Part shown: in pieces, positions 1 through 9,797 of the stretch | Numbering within the stretch: position 1 is the stretch's first letter | Layout: each line of letters opens with the position of its first letter | IMG/VR virus record: IMGVR_UViG_3300020577_009925 | DNA: 64,000 bases | Direction: 5' to 3' (one strand) | Source: an uncultured virus (IMG/VR IMGVR_UViG_3300020577_009925) | Taxonomy: Duplodnaviria; Heunggongvirae; Uroviricota; Caudoviricetes | Program-made: the position numbers and the translations under genes | The notes under the pieces: model-generated | Database searches by the model: none | What the model was told of the DNA's origin: nothing | Seen by the model: the letters and a program-made list of their open reading frames with translations, nothing else

Positions 1-1603
1 CTTCTACTGTGATATAGCTCATCGAACCGTTGCCGGTTGATTCACCGGCCTGGATTCTCAACGGGGTTCCCGCCCTGTTTGAGTTTCCAGATCCCGCAGT
101 AGCTACCCTTAGAATGTGACCGGATGCTCCAACCCAACTTCCAACTTGCGTGAACCCGTTTCCTACGTAAAACGTGTCCGAGCCAAAAGCGTTAATCGAC
201 ACTTGATTGGTTGAATAGCTGATAATTCCTTTGTTGGCATCGGAACCAACCTTCAAGGTTAATCCTTGCACCTGCCCGCTTGCCGTTAGCCCTGCGAGGT
301 TGAGCGAACCGAGAGCGTTGTTGCTGGTAGTGCCGATCTGTAGGACACCGGCAGAGGCTTCGGAAATCCGAGTAGTACCCAGCCCGCTTGCATCGACAGA
401 AAATACTAACGGCCTCCCATTGGCCATGATGTTTGTGCTGTTGCCGAGCAGCATGGCGACTCCATTGTCACCATATAGTGCCAACCTAGTACCACTACTG
501 TAGAATCCAATTCCGGCTTGGCTAGACAACGTGTTGCCGATTACTACACCACTGAGCCCTGTACTTACAAGTACACTTGCCGTTCCACATTGCATCGCCG
601 CTAACGCACTACCATCAGCATTAGCAACTCTCAGCCCGCCAGCCGCCCGAGTTTCGAGCGTCGGACCTGTGGCGTTTCGGCGAATAGAAGCGTCAATTGT
701 TCCACTTGAAGCTATTGCACCTGAGTTCCAACACAACGCCCCGTTGTTATACAGCCGTGTAGTTCCGTCTGCCGTTAGAACCGCAAAGGCGTCATTGCCA
801 GCGTAGAAAGAACGAGCGGTTCCGTTAAACTGAGCGTAAGTCACGTTGCTCGCGTTCTTTAGGTCTAAGTTGACGGCAATTGAGCCGCCAATCGTTTGAC
901 TCGCACTAAACGTATTCGCCTGATCCCGTCTTGCAACATTCGCACTCAACCGAGCGTCGGGTACTTGGCCGCTGGCGAGATTCGAGGCGTTGGAGGCGTA
1001 GGCTTCGGTGGCTACCGGAAATCCGCCTTTGTCGATGACAGTAGCGGCAATAGTATCGGCATTGAGTATGTTGTAGCCGTCCATGTCGATACTGCCAGCC
1101 ATCGTTCCACCGGCAATTGGCAAGAAGTTTCCTCCTCCAGTAAACGCACCAACGACTATCGATCCAGATCCATGCAGCCACGGCTTCCCGCCGCCCGGAT
1201 TGCTTGTCGGCAATGCGGAGAGATCCGCATCAGGTGTGATCGACTTCCACTTTGTGTCGTCTGCGACATCGACAGCGGCACTGCCAGTGAATTTATACCA
1301 AAGCCCGTTGTCCGACTGAAGCACCTCGTCACCGTACCGAACCTGATCGATTCCAGTACCGAATGGAAGCGAAAGTCTCGCAGACTTATTGGCTACAGGT
1401 GCAAGCGCTTCGACCCGCTTGCGAATCTCAGCGTCCTGTTGAGCCTGCGAAGATTGACCGGCACCATACTTACGAAGTCGACCTATAGCCCAAAGTTCAA
1501 AGTCAGGGGATGCTGACGAGGTGTCGAGCGTCCAGGCCGCCTTATTAAGCTTGCCGATAAAAGGGAAGCCGGAACTCTGAGTTTTGACGTTGATGATCGC
1601 CAC
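1..1603 (-). CDS. Tail fibre-like protein, partial (runs off window start; absent from ORF track)
   Basis: Manual translation from GTG at 1603 is open to position 2 (MAIINVKTQSSGFPFIGK...). It contains fibre-type motifs FLPIAGGTMAGSIDM and NASNLASGQVPDARLSANV and is Gly/Ser/Thr/Asn-rich. Confidence 0.75.
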   Translation of the reverse strand, partial: MAIINVKTQSSGFPFIGKLNKAAWTLDTSSASPDFELWAIGRLRKYGAGQSSQAQQDAEIRKRVEALAPVANKSARLSLPFGTGIDQVRYGDEVLQSDNGLWYKFTGSAAVDVADDTKWKSITPDADLSALPTSNPGGGKPWLHGSGSIVVGAFTGGGNFLPIAGGTMAGSIDMDGYNILNADTIAATVIDKGGFPVATEAYASNASNLASGQVPDARLSANVARRDQANTFSASQTIGGSIAVNLDLKNASNVTYAQFNGTARSFYAGNDAFAVLTADGTTRLYNNGALCWNSGAIASSGTIDASIRRNATGPTLETRAAGGLRVANADGSALAAMQCGTASVLVSTGLSGVVIGNTLSSQAGIGFYSSGTRLALYGDNGVAMLLGNSTNIMANGRPLVFSVDASGLGTTRISEASAGVLQIGTTSNNALGSLNLAGLTASGQVQGLTLKVGSDANKGIISYSTNQVSINAFGSDTFYVGNGFTQVGSWVGASGHILRVATAGSGNSNRAGTPLRIQAGESTGNGSMSYITVE

Positions 1604-1663
1604 GACGGCCTTCGATTACACTTGGAACCTGTTTAGCAAAACTCCAAGTGTAATCAGAGAGGC

Positions 1664-2305
1664 TCACTCGATAGTAATTAACTGGAGCTCTTCAACAGTC
1701 GTGGCAGATTCGATGCGAGACAACAGCTCGTCCCACTTCTGGCGGAGGCTGTTGTACTTAGCGTAGAACACTCCAATACAGCTCGCGATCTCCTGAGCTG
1801 GGATAACCACCGTCTTATCGTTGACGTCATCCAGCGACAGCGCTGTCTGAGTTTGAATGGCAAAGTTGGCAGCAACGCCCATAGCTCCAATCGAACCGCG
1901 ATCCATAGCTAAAACCACGCCAGGTTTGACTTCAATGCCGGGGATGTTGTCCCACCAGGAATTAAGCTCCTTGAGCTTTAGCCTGGACGCCGAATTGAAT
2001 GCTGCTCGCTCGGCATCCTCAGTTGAGGTGAATGGAACCTCCTGAATTAGCGCTAAGGCGTCAGGTCGCAACGCCTCAGGTATCGCTGATTCAAAACTAC
2101 CACGGCTGATGTAACTGCCAAACGCGACAGCTGCGGTCTTGACGTCCTCGGCAGTCAATGGAGTCAGCGAAGCAAACAGCTCGCTCAGTGAGTTATTGCC
2201 AATGACGATGTAATCAGGCGGAAACTCGATTGGTCCGACAAAGAATCGAAGGGGATCAATTCCAGACCGCACCGCAACGAAATACTCTTCACATCTACCG
2301 TTCAT
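1664..2305 (-). CDS. Putative tail fibre assembly chaperone, paralog of 7269..8000
   Basis: C-terminal helical motif ...WDELLSRIESATTVEELQLITIE is typical of fibre chaperones; directly downstream of an adhesin gene. Confidence 0.55.
   Translation of the reverse strand: MNGRCEEYFVAVRSGIDPLRFFVGPIEFPPDYIVIGNNSLSELFASLTPLTAEDVKTAAVAFGSYISRGSFESAIPEALRPDALALIQEVPFTSTEDAERAAFNSASRLKLKELNSWWDNIPGIEVKPGVVLAMDRGSIGAMGVAANFAIQTQTALSLDDVNDKTVVIPAQEIASCIGVFYAKYNSLRQKWDELLSRIESATTVEELQLITIE
1836..1847 (-). repeat. Dispersed palindrome GACAGCGCTGTC, copy 1 (in CDS)
   Basis: gc-GACAGCGCTGTC-tga. Confidence 0.9.
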
Positions 2306-2314
2306 TTTGAATCC

Positions 2315-5300
2315 TTAGTAAGTTCCATCGCGGACTAGACCTTCCGCGAGCAAGTTGTCTTTAGCGATAACGCCCGCCCCAGACCGATTAACGTCTAAAT
2401 GGGCATTGGTGAGGATGCCGCTGTAGTCCAGTCGCATTCCAGCGCCACTGTTGTAGGTGTCAAGCTCGATCAAATACTGATCTATGGCTACTGCAGTCAG
2501 ATTTGTACCTGTGAACGTTGTCCTGGACTCCTTGACACCTGTGTTATAGCGGAACAGGTCTGGCGGCAAGGTCGTCAATGAGGTGCAGCCGTTAAAGGTC
2601 CCGAAAAAGGCGACGTTGACTAGGTTGACATTGTATTGGAACAATCCAGCGGGTATCGATGCCAGCGATGTGCAGCCTTGGAAAGTATTGGTAAACCCTG
2701 ACGAAATAGTCGTCTGATAACGAAACAGTCCCGCAGGTATCGTTACCAAACTTGTGCAGCCGGCGAATGTCGTGTTTAGTGCCGCAGTACTAAAGCCCGC
2801 ATTGAATTTGAATAAGTCCTCAGGGATGCTAACGAGCGACGTGCAACCTTGAAATGTGGCTGCGAATGCCGAAGCTCCAGTTAGTCCAGTCTGCCTGGAG
2901 AACAGCTCCACTGGAATCGACGTTATAGAGGTGCAGTTTGAGAACGTTCCAGCCATTGACGCACTCAACACGTTAACGTTGTACTTGAATAGATCTGGCG
3001 GTATGGCAATTAAACGAGAACACCCTCTGAACGTGTTTTGAAACGCCTGCGTTGTGACGGCGACGTTGTACCGAAACAGATCTGTCGGTATCGTTAACAG
3101 AGATGTGCAGCCATTAAACGTGTTCTGGAACGCGGTAGTAGTCACACCAACGTTGTACTTGAACAAGTCTTGTGGAATGCCAGTCAATCTAGAACAGCCA
3201 TTAAATGTATGCTGAAACGCGGTAGTCGCGACGGCAATATTGTAGCGGAATAGGTCCTCTGGGATCGCAGCCAAAAACGTGCAACCTCTAAACGTACCAC
3301 TGAACGCAGTTGTGGTCACCGCAACATTGCGTCTGAACAGGTCAGCCGGTATCGACGCCAGCGACGTGCAGCCTTGAAAAGTGCTCAGGAATGCTGTGGT
3401 ACTGACTAGCAAGTTGAACGAGAACAGTGTTGACGGTATCGACTGAATCGAAGTGCAGTCTTGAAATGTCTGCTGAAACGCGCCGGTGGATACCAACAAT
3501 TGATTCCTGAACAGGTTAGCAGGTATTGCGGTTAAACCGGTGCAACCTTGGAACGTGCGAAAGAAAGCTGATGTTGTCAGCTTCACGTTGGCAGCGAACA
3601 GGTTTTCAGGAATTGCCGTCAGGCCTGTACATCCTTGGAATGTGCCGCTGAATGCCGAGGCAACGAGGTTAACGTGAGTTGCGAACAAGCTCACTGGGAT
3701 GCTCGTTAGTCCAATGCAATCTTGGAATGTGCCAGTGAATGCGGTATCGGTTAACAGAGTCTGAAAGTTAAACAACGTCGGTGGGATTGATGTCAGCCCA
3801 GCACAACCCATGAACGTACTATTAAAAGCTGGGGTAGTCATTGCTGTGTTGTACCGGAAAGTATCAACTGGAATAGAGATGATGCCAGTTCGCTCAAACG
3901 TTGTCTGAAATGAGCCACTAGAAACCGCGGTGTTGAATCGGAACAGATCAACTGGAATAGTTGTAATCGCCGAGCAGCCAGAAAACGTCCCTACAAATGC
4001 TGAAGCGGCGATCGACGTGTTGAAGTTGAACATGCCAGTCGGAATGCTCGTGATCGATGTACAGTCGGCAAACGTACGGGTGAACGCCGAACCAGTAACG
4101 GCGGTGTTGTAACGAAATAAGTCGATAGGAATGCTGGTTATACCGGAGCATTTTTCAAATGTTGACCTGAATGCGGCAAACGCGACAGCAGTGTTGTAAC
4201 GGAAGATATCAACCGGAATCGATGTAAGGCCGGTGCAGTTAAAGAATGTACTGTCGAACGCAGTATCGCCAGCACTAGTGTTATACCTGAAGAGATCTAC
4301 TGGTATCGACGTAAGACTCGTACAGCCGTTGAAGGTGCTTGAAAATGGCTGGATTGTGATTCCAGTATTGTACTGGAACAAGTCGGCTGGGATTGCAGCT
4401 AGAGCGGTGCAACCGGCGAACGTACCGTTGAATGCAACCTGAGTCAGTGAAGTATTGTATCTAAACAGGTCTGGCGGCAAAGCTGTAATACCAGTACACC
4501 CTCTGAACGTGTTTTGAAACGCCTGTGTTGTGAGACCAGTGTTGTACCGAAAGACGTCAACTGGGATCGACGTAAGGCCGGTACATCCCTGAAACGTCGC
4601 TTGAAAAGCATTGTTAGTGAGACCAGTGTTGTACCGAAAGATGTCAACTGGGATCGACGTAAGGCCAGTACAATTCTGAAATGTGTTGACAAACACTATG
4701 GCGTTGACTGCGGTGTTGTATCGGAAGATGTCAACTGGGATAGCCGTTAATCCAGTACAACCAAAAAACGTACTGGAGAACGCCGTACCAGTGATTCCAG
4801 TGTTGTACTGAAATATACTTGCTGGAATCGCCGTGATGCCTGTGCAGTTTTGAAACGTGGCTTGAAACGCACTTGTCGTGAGGCCGGTGTTGTAGCGGAA
4901 GATATCAACTGGAATACTTGTTAGACCAACACAGCCGCTAAATGTCGCTTGAAAAGCATTGCTAGTAAGACCAGTGTTGTAGCGGAAGATATCAACTGGA
5001 ATACTTGTTAGACCGACGCAACCAGCAAAGGTGTTGTTAAACGCGGTGGAGCTAATTGCAGTGTTGAATCTGAATAGATCCACAGGTATCGACGTCAATC
5101 CGCTAGATCCAAATGTCGATGTAAACGCGTCCGCGCTCACCGAAGTGCAGCTCTGAAACAGTGTTGCTGGAACGCTTCGCAGCGCACTGCAGCCAGAAAA
5201 CGTTGATGCAAACGCGTTGGCGGTGATTGAGGTATTGTACTGAAACAAACTTGCTGGGACTGTCTTCAATGCGACGCACGACTGAAACGTCGTGCCAAAC

Positions 5301-6814
5301 GCGTTGGTTGTGATAGCAGTGTTGTATCTGAACAGGTCAACAGGTAGGTCCTCCAAAAGCGTGCACTGCGAAAACGTCGAAGTGAATGCGGCGGTACTAA
5401 CTGCAGTGTTGTATCTGAACAGGTCAACAGGTAGGTCCTCCAAAAGCGTGCACTGCGAAAACGTCGAAGTGAATGCGGCGGTACTAACTGCAGTGTTGTA
5501 TCTAAATAGATCAGCCGGGACTGATTGTAGCTTCCCACAGCCAAAGAATGTGTTACCGAAAGCATTAGTGCTAACAGCAGTGTTGTACTGAAACAGCGAG
5601 GCCGGTATTGCAGTTATGCCGGTCCCTCTAAATGTGGTTGAGAACGCTGTTGTGTTAATACCCGTGTTGTAACGGAACAAATCCGCTGGAATACTTGTGA
5701 TGCTTGTACAACCCTGAAACGTTGACGTAAATGCATTACTCGTAATTGCGGTGTTGAACCTGAACAGATCAACCGGTATCGCGGTCAGATTAAAACAGTT
5801 CAGGAATGTGCTACCAAACGCACCTGTCGAAATCGAAGTGTTGAACCTGAACAGATCAGTAGGAATCGCCGTCAAATTACTGCAATTACCAAAGGTATTT
5901 GTAAACGCTGACGTTGTTACACCAGTGTTGTAATCAAACAGGTTGTTGGGAATCGTCTTCAGCCTGGTGCAAACAGAGAACGTCCCGTTGAACGCGCTAG
6001 AACTAACCGCCGTGTTGTATCGAAACAGATCCGGCGGAATCTCAGTCAAAGACGTGCAGCCGTTAAACGTACTTGTGAACGCAGTGAGTGTAATTGCAGT
6101 GTTGTATCGAAACAGATCCGGCGGAATCTCAGTCAAAGACGTGCAGCCGTTAAACGTACTTGTGAACGCAGTGAGTGTAATTGCAGTGTTGTATCGAAAC
6201 AGATCCGGCGGAATCTCAGTCAAAGACGTGCAGCCGTTAAACGTACTTGTGAACGCACTGGCTGTGACGGCGGTGTTGTAACGGAACAAGTCTGCTGGGA
6301 TAGATCGCAAGTTTCCACAGTTAGCAAACGTTGATGTGAACGCGTTGGTGGTTAATCCTGTGTTTTTCCAAAACAACTTCGCTGGGATCGTCTTCAAGCT
6401 TGCGCAGTTGGCGAATGTCGATGTAAATCCGTTTGTAGCTGGAATTGATGACGGGAATCGACAACCCTCGTCAATCTCCAAAAGCCTGGTGCAGCCTTGC
6501 CAACTGATAGCAGTGATTCCAGCTAGATCGCAGTTCCAGATCTTAGTAACCAACAGCGCACTGCCTGTACCAGCGAATAAGTGCTGCGTGCAGGTGCCAC
6601 GAATGATGATTCGGTAGGTGCCAGTTGCCGCATACGTGTGCGAAGCCGCTGCGCTGTTCCAAACAGTGACAGTCGTTGTTGGCGTGCCGTCGCCCCAATC
6701 AACCTGACAGTTATAAGTTCCGCCAGCTGTCAGTGGTAGGGTGAACACCGTACCTGCAGCTACGGTTACGTCGTAAGCAAGCATGTTTGGATAGGATTGA
6801 CCGACAGCTTGCAT
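2315..6814 (-). CDS. Giant BspA/TpLRR-like leucine-rich-repeat adhesin or receptor-binding protein with N-terminal PKD-like domain
   Basis: N-terminal VDWGDG...SHTYAATGTY (PKD-like), then about 46 repeats of ~29 aa (CTxLTxIPxDLFRYNTxxxxxAFxxTFxG). Confidence 0.8.
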   Translation of the reverse strand: MQAVGQSYPNMLAYDVTVAAGTVFTLPLTAGGTYNCQVDWGDGTPTTTVTVWNSAAASHTYAATGTYRIIIRGTCTQHLFAGTGSALLVTKIWNCDLAGITAISWQGCTRLLEIDEGCRFPSSIPATNGFTSTFANCASLKTIPAKLFWKNTGLTTNAFTSTFANCGNLRSIPADLFRYNTAVTASAFTSTFNGCTSLTEIPPDLFRYNTAITLTAFTSTFNGCTSLTEIPPDLFRYNTAITLTAFTSTFNGCTSLTEIPPDLFRYNTAVSSSAFNGTFSVCTRLKTIPNNLFDYNTGVTTSAFTNTFGNCSNLTAIPTDLFRFNTSISTGAFGSTFLNCFNLTAIPVDLFRFNTAITSNAFTSTFQGCTSITSIPADLFRYNTGINTTAFSTTFRGTGITAIPASLFQYNTAVSTNAFGNTFFGCGKLQSVPADLFRYNTAVSTAAFTSTFSQCTLLEDLPVDLFRYNTAVSTAAFTSTFSQCTLLEDLPVDLFRYNTAITTNAFGTTFQSCVALKTVPASLFQYNTSITANAFASTFSGCSALRSVPATLFQSCTSVSADAFTSTFGSSGLTSIPVDLFRFNTAISSTAFNNTFAGCVGLTSIPVDIFRYNTGLTSNAFQATFSGCVGLTSIPVDIFRYNTGLTTSAFQATFQNCTGITAIPASIFQYNTGITGTAFSSTFFGCTGLTAIPVDIFRYNTAVNAIVFVNTFQNCTGLTSIPVDIFRYNTGLTNNAFQATFQGCTGLTSIPVDVFRYNTGLTTQAFQNTFRGCTGITALPPDLFRYNTSLTQVAFNGTFAGCTALAAIPADLFQYNTGITIQPFSSTFNGCTSLTSIPVDLFRYNTSAGDTAFDSTFFNCTGLTSIPVDIFRYNTAVAFAAFRSTFEKCSGITSIPIDLFRYNTAVTGSAFTRTFADCTSITSIPTGMFNFNTSIAASAFVGTFSGCSAITTIPVDLFRFNTAVSSGSFQTTFERTGIISIPVDTFRYNTAMTTPAFNSTFMGCAGLTSIPPTLFNFQTLLTDTAFTGTFQDCIGLTSIPVSLFATHVNLVASAFSGTFQGCTGLTAIPENLFAANVKLTTSAFFRTFQGCTGLTAIPANLFRNQLLVSTGAFQQTFQDCTSIQSIPSTLFSFNLLVSTTAFLSTFQGCTSLASIPADLFRRNVAVTTTAFSGTFRGCTFLAAIPEDLFRYNIAVATTAFQHTFNGCSRLTGIPQDLFKYNVGVTTTAFQNTFNGCTSLLTIPTDLFRYNVAVTTQAFQNTFRGCSRLIAIPPDLFKYNVNVLSASMAGTFSNCTSITSIPVELFSRQTGLTGASAFAATFQGCTSLVSIPEDLFKFNAGFSTAALNTTFAGCTSLVTIPAGLFRYQTTISSGFTNTFQGCTSLASIPAGLFQYNVNLVNVAFFGTFNGCTSLTTLPPDLFRYNTGVKESRTTFTGTNLTAVAIDQYLIELDTYNSGAGMRLDYSGILTNAHLDVNRSGAGVIAKDNLLAEGLVRDGTY
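5316..5503. repeat. Exact 87-bp tandem duplication inside LRR gene
   Basis: gcagtgttgtatctgaacaggtcaacagg... repeated with 87-bp period (5316, 5403, partial 5490). Confidence 0.9.
6012..6257. repeat. Exact 87-bp tandem triplication inside LRR gene
   Basis: gtgttgtatcgaaacagatccggcggaatctcagtcaaagacg... at 6012, 6099 and 6186. Confidence 0.9.
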
Positions 6815-7251
6815 TATTTTGCGTCCAGAAGATACGAAACAGTGAAGTCCGTGCCATTGTGACTCGAGATGTAGAACACGTCTCGAGCTGCGGCTGTGCC
6901 AGTTAGAACAGGTGCGATTCCACCAGAGAACTTGTAGGCAGCGTTCCAGGTGAGCGTGCGGTTGCCAACAGCGTCCTGAATGACGTGCAGGATCAAAGTT
7001 TCACCAGCCGGAAAATTCAGCGGCGCGTCCAGCACGCGATTGCTAGCCAACGTCACCCTCGCAGTCTTGCCCAGATTCAAATCGAGCGAGATATTAGCCG
7101 CATCGGTGAGCGTCTGCACCTTAGGCGGACCACCTGTTGCGGCCCAGCGGTATTTGCCGTTTGGGGCATCCAACAGCTCAACAATTGTGTAGATGTCGAA
7201 CGTGTCCCCAACAGATGCGTTGGCCTGAGTGAGCGATGACAATACCGCCAT
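6814..7251 (-). CDS. Tail fibre/adhesin N-terminal adaptor protein
   Basis: N-terminus VGDTFDIYTIVELLDAPNGKYRW matches the N-terminus of 8000..9796; TAATG overlap with the LRR gene. Confidence 0.55.
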   Translation of the reverse strand: MAVLSSLTQANASVGDTFDIYTIVELLDAPNGKYRWAATGGPPKVQTLTDAANISLDLNLGKTARVTLASNRVLDAPLNFPAGETLILHVIQDAVGNRTLTWNAAYKFSGGIAPVLTGTAAARDVFYISSHNGTDFTVSYLLDAK

Positions 7252-7268
7252 TTGATTCTCCGCGATGG

Positions 7269-8000
7269 TTAGCTGATTTCAATTGCTCTGAGTGCTTCGA
7301 CAGTTGTTGCGGCCTCGATCTGAGCGAGCAGCTCATCCCATCGGGCGCGGAGCTCATTGAGCTTAATGTAGAACGTGCCAATTGACTCTTGGATCTTCGA
7401 CACTGGGATGATGACCGTCTTGTCATTGACGTCGTCAAGCGATAGGTCAATATTCATATTATCAGCAACATTGGCAGCTGCAGCCATGGCTCCGATCGAC
7501 GCCTTATCCATCGGAAGAACAATGCCAGATTGGACCTCGATGCCAGGGTGATTGTCCCACCAGGAATTGAGCAAGGCGAGTTTCTTGGCTCGCAACTCTG
7601 CGAGCGTCAGTTTGATCTCGCTATTGAACGCTGGTAATCGCTTAGCTGCAATTTCAACTTTAGGTACAAGAACAGTGGCGATCTCAACCTCGTCTATCAA
7701 GACAGGTGAATCGCCACCTGGCACTGGAGACAACAGCGAGTCAAGTGCCAGCTGGGCTTCGGCAGAGATCGCTGACCGAAACTCCGCTTCAGACATTTTA
7801 GGCGCAAACAGCACTAGCAGTCGTTCGATGTTTGAAGTGATATCAAACCCGAAACCAATCAGTGCTGCAACCAGATCAGCAAAGGCCGTGTAGGTCGTGG
7901 CTGCGTAAATATCGGTGTTGTAAGTACACTCGCCTGAAAACGGCACAGTACTCGTGGATGACTTAAGAATCCCGAAAGTCGCTTCAATCTTGCTGTTCAT
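7269..8000 (-). CDS. Putative tail fibre assembly chaperone, paralog of 1664..2305
   Basis: Shared C-terminal ~90 aa (LNSWWDNxPGIEV...LSLDDVNDKTV...WDELL...ATTVE). Confidence 0.55.
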   Translation of the reverse strand: MNSKIEATFGILKSSTSTVPFSGECTYNTDIYAATTYTAFADLVAALIGFGFDITSNIERLLVLFAPKMSEAEFRSAISAEAQLALDSLLSPVPGGDSPVLIDEVEIATVLVPKVEIAAKRLPAFNSEIKLTLAELRAKKLALLNSWWDNHPGIEVQSGIVLPMDKASIGAMAAAANVADNMNIDLSLDDVNDKTVIIPVSKIQESIGTFYIKLNELRARWDELLAQIEAATTVEALRAIEIS

Positions 8001-9796
8001 TATGTGTAGCTTCCTGAGATGGTCCAGCCTTTTGTGACCAGGTTATTCTTCGCGGTTAACGCCGCCGCGCTTCGCTCTGAATCTTTAGCCATGACTGCGA
8101 GACTCAGCGGGTCCCACATCCAACCATTAGGATCTAACTTGTTGTAGTTCAAACTACCAACGGCTGGTCCGTGTTGATCGAGCCAAATCAAAAAGCTGTC
8201 GATCTCCGCATCAGAAGCATCGAGGGTCACGTAATAGTCGGTAAACGGTAATGCAGTCGAGTTGAAAATGAAGTACAACCACTGTCTGGATATAATGCCA
8301 GAAGGTTCAGCTTGCTGAAAGTCAGTTACGGCTGTACCGAGGTCTGTGCCAATCTTTCCTAAAGTCATAAATGCCCACCCCAGCTCAGGTACAAATCGAG
8401 ACATCGCTATGTTCGAGTACCCGCTTACCTGACCACTACCTAAGAATCCCCGCATATCTGTCACTAGTGGGGCTTTAATATCCGCTACAAACAATTCCCC
8501 GACACCTAAGAACATCGTGTCCATGTATAGCGCAGCCGGTAGTCGAAGCGATCGAACTACCGCACGACGTATACCAGCAAACGCCGCAGTAGCGTTAGTA
8601 ACCAAGCTTAGAGTTCGGTTATCCATGCTTAGACTCAAGTTTCGACAGTACATGGCGAAAAAGCTTATGTCAGTGAAGACGTCGTTGTAGTAAATGCACC
8701 AAGCTATTCTGTCAGATGCCACGTAACACTCCTGGAACATCCTAGACAGGTTAGTTGCCTTTGTCGGTGGATCAGTAGTGTAACCCCAATTAAGAAGCTC
8801 AAACGTACCAGCTCTGCAGAATGCAAACATCGACCAACAGTTCAAAAGCTCTGGACCTTTGAACGTATGCAGCGGGAACTTACCATTCACGCAATACATG
8901 AACATCTCACTTCCGTCGGTCGCGAGCGGGAGATTCAATTCAAGTAGAGGAAACAGCCCTTTACCGCAGTTGTAAAACATACCTGCGACGTTTGTAGCTG
9001 CCGGCGTAAACACCGATGTGATGTTAAACTCACCAATCGAGCAGCTCCTGAACATGTAGTTCGCATTAACAATGTTGTTGACTTTGATTGAAGTGAACGT
9101 GGTTTTTGCAGCGTTGCAAAATCGCCACATGCCCGAGGCGTCAGTCATGCCAAAACCGTCTAGATCGACCACATCGATGGAGACGACTTTCGTTCGATCG
9201 CCTGCGCCATTAAACGCGAATCGCTTAAGCGACGTTCCAACAATATTGATTGCGTGCGTGCCCGCCGCTGCATAGGTATGAACTAACGAGCCAGCTTGCG
9301 TTGTCAGCGTTCCGTCACCCCAGTCAACCGTGTAGGCGTCAGCAGGGTCGGAGGTAATAGGTAGAGTAAAGGTCTCGTTTGCAGTCGTCGTAGCAACTTG
9401 AAAAGCGATGCGACCAACCGATGTAGTTGAGATGGTCTGCTTTGAGACTACAGTTACACTCGTACCCTTTAACGTCAGCGAAACACCCTCTCCTGGCAAA
9501 ACTGAAATTCGCGATGAGCCGTCAGAGAACGTATGGCCCGCACCTGGAGTGAGTACTGCGATAGAGCTCCCAGTGTTGTGATAACTGACTAGTTGTTTCT
9601 CGACTCCTGCGAACGCAACTGTTGTCGGGGCACTGCCAGTGATATCGTTCACCACTACAGCATCTAGACTCGTTGGCGGTGAAAGCTTCCATCGGTACTT
9701 GCCATTGGCAGCGTCGATGACGGCCTCGATCTGATAGCCGTTGTATGTGTCACCAACAACACCATTAGGTGCGTTAAAGTTTGCAAGTGCTACCAC
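8000..9796 (-). CDS. PKD + BspA-like repeat adhesin/receptor-binding protein
   Basis: VDWGDG/HTYAAAG PKD-like motif, degenerate xMFxxC repeats, C-terminal AKNNLVTKGW cap. Confidence 0.65.
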   Translation of the reverse strand: MVALANFNAPNGVVGDTYNGYQIEAVIDAANGKYRWKLSPPTSLDAVVVNDITGSAPTTVAFAGVEKQLVSYHNTGSSIAVLTPGAGHTFSDGSSRISVLPGEGVSLTLKGTSVTVVSKQTISTTSVGRIAFQVATTTANETFTLPITSDPADAYTVDWGDGTLTTQAGSLVHTYAAAGTHAINIVGTSLKRFAFNGAGDRTKVVSIDVVDLDGFGMTDASGMWRFCNAAKTTFTSIKVNNIVNANYMFRSCSIGEFNITSVFTPAATNVAGMFYNCGKGLFPLLELNLPLATDGSEMFMYCVNGKFPLHTFKGPELLNCWSMFAFCRAGTFELLNWGYTTDPPTKATNLSRMFQECYVASDRIAWCIYYNDVFTDISFFAMYCRNLSLSMDNRTLSLVTNATAAFAGIRRAVVRSLRLPAALYMDTMFLGVGELFVADIKAPLVTDMRGFLGSGQVSGYSNIAMSRFVPELGWAFMTLGKIGTDLGTAVTDFQQAEPSGIISRQWLYFIFNSTALPFTDYYVTLDASDAEIDSFLIWLDQHGPAVGSLNYNKLDPNGWMWDPLSLAVMAKDSERSAAALTAKNNLVTKGWTISGSYT

Positions 9797-9797
9797 G

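Noticed and set aside
5316..6257. 87-bp repeats as CRISPR repeats
   Set aside because: They are in-frame coding repeats of the LRR protein with no unique spacers.
1664..8000. Paralogous chaperone 3' regions as a DGR template/variable repeat pair
   Set aside because: Differences involve all bases and are largely synonymous, not adenine-specific, and no reverse transcriptase is present.
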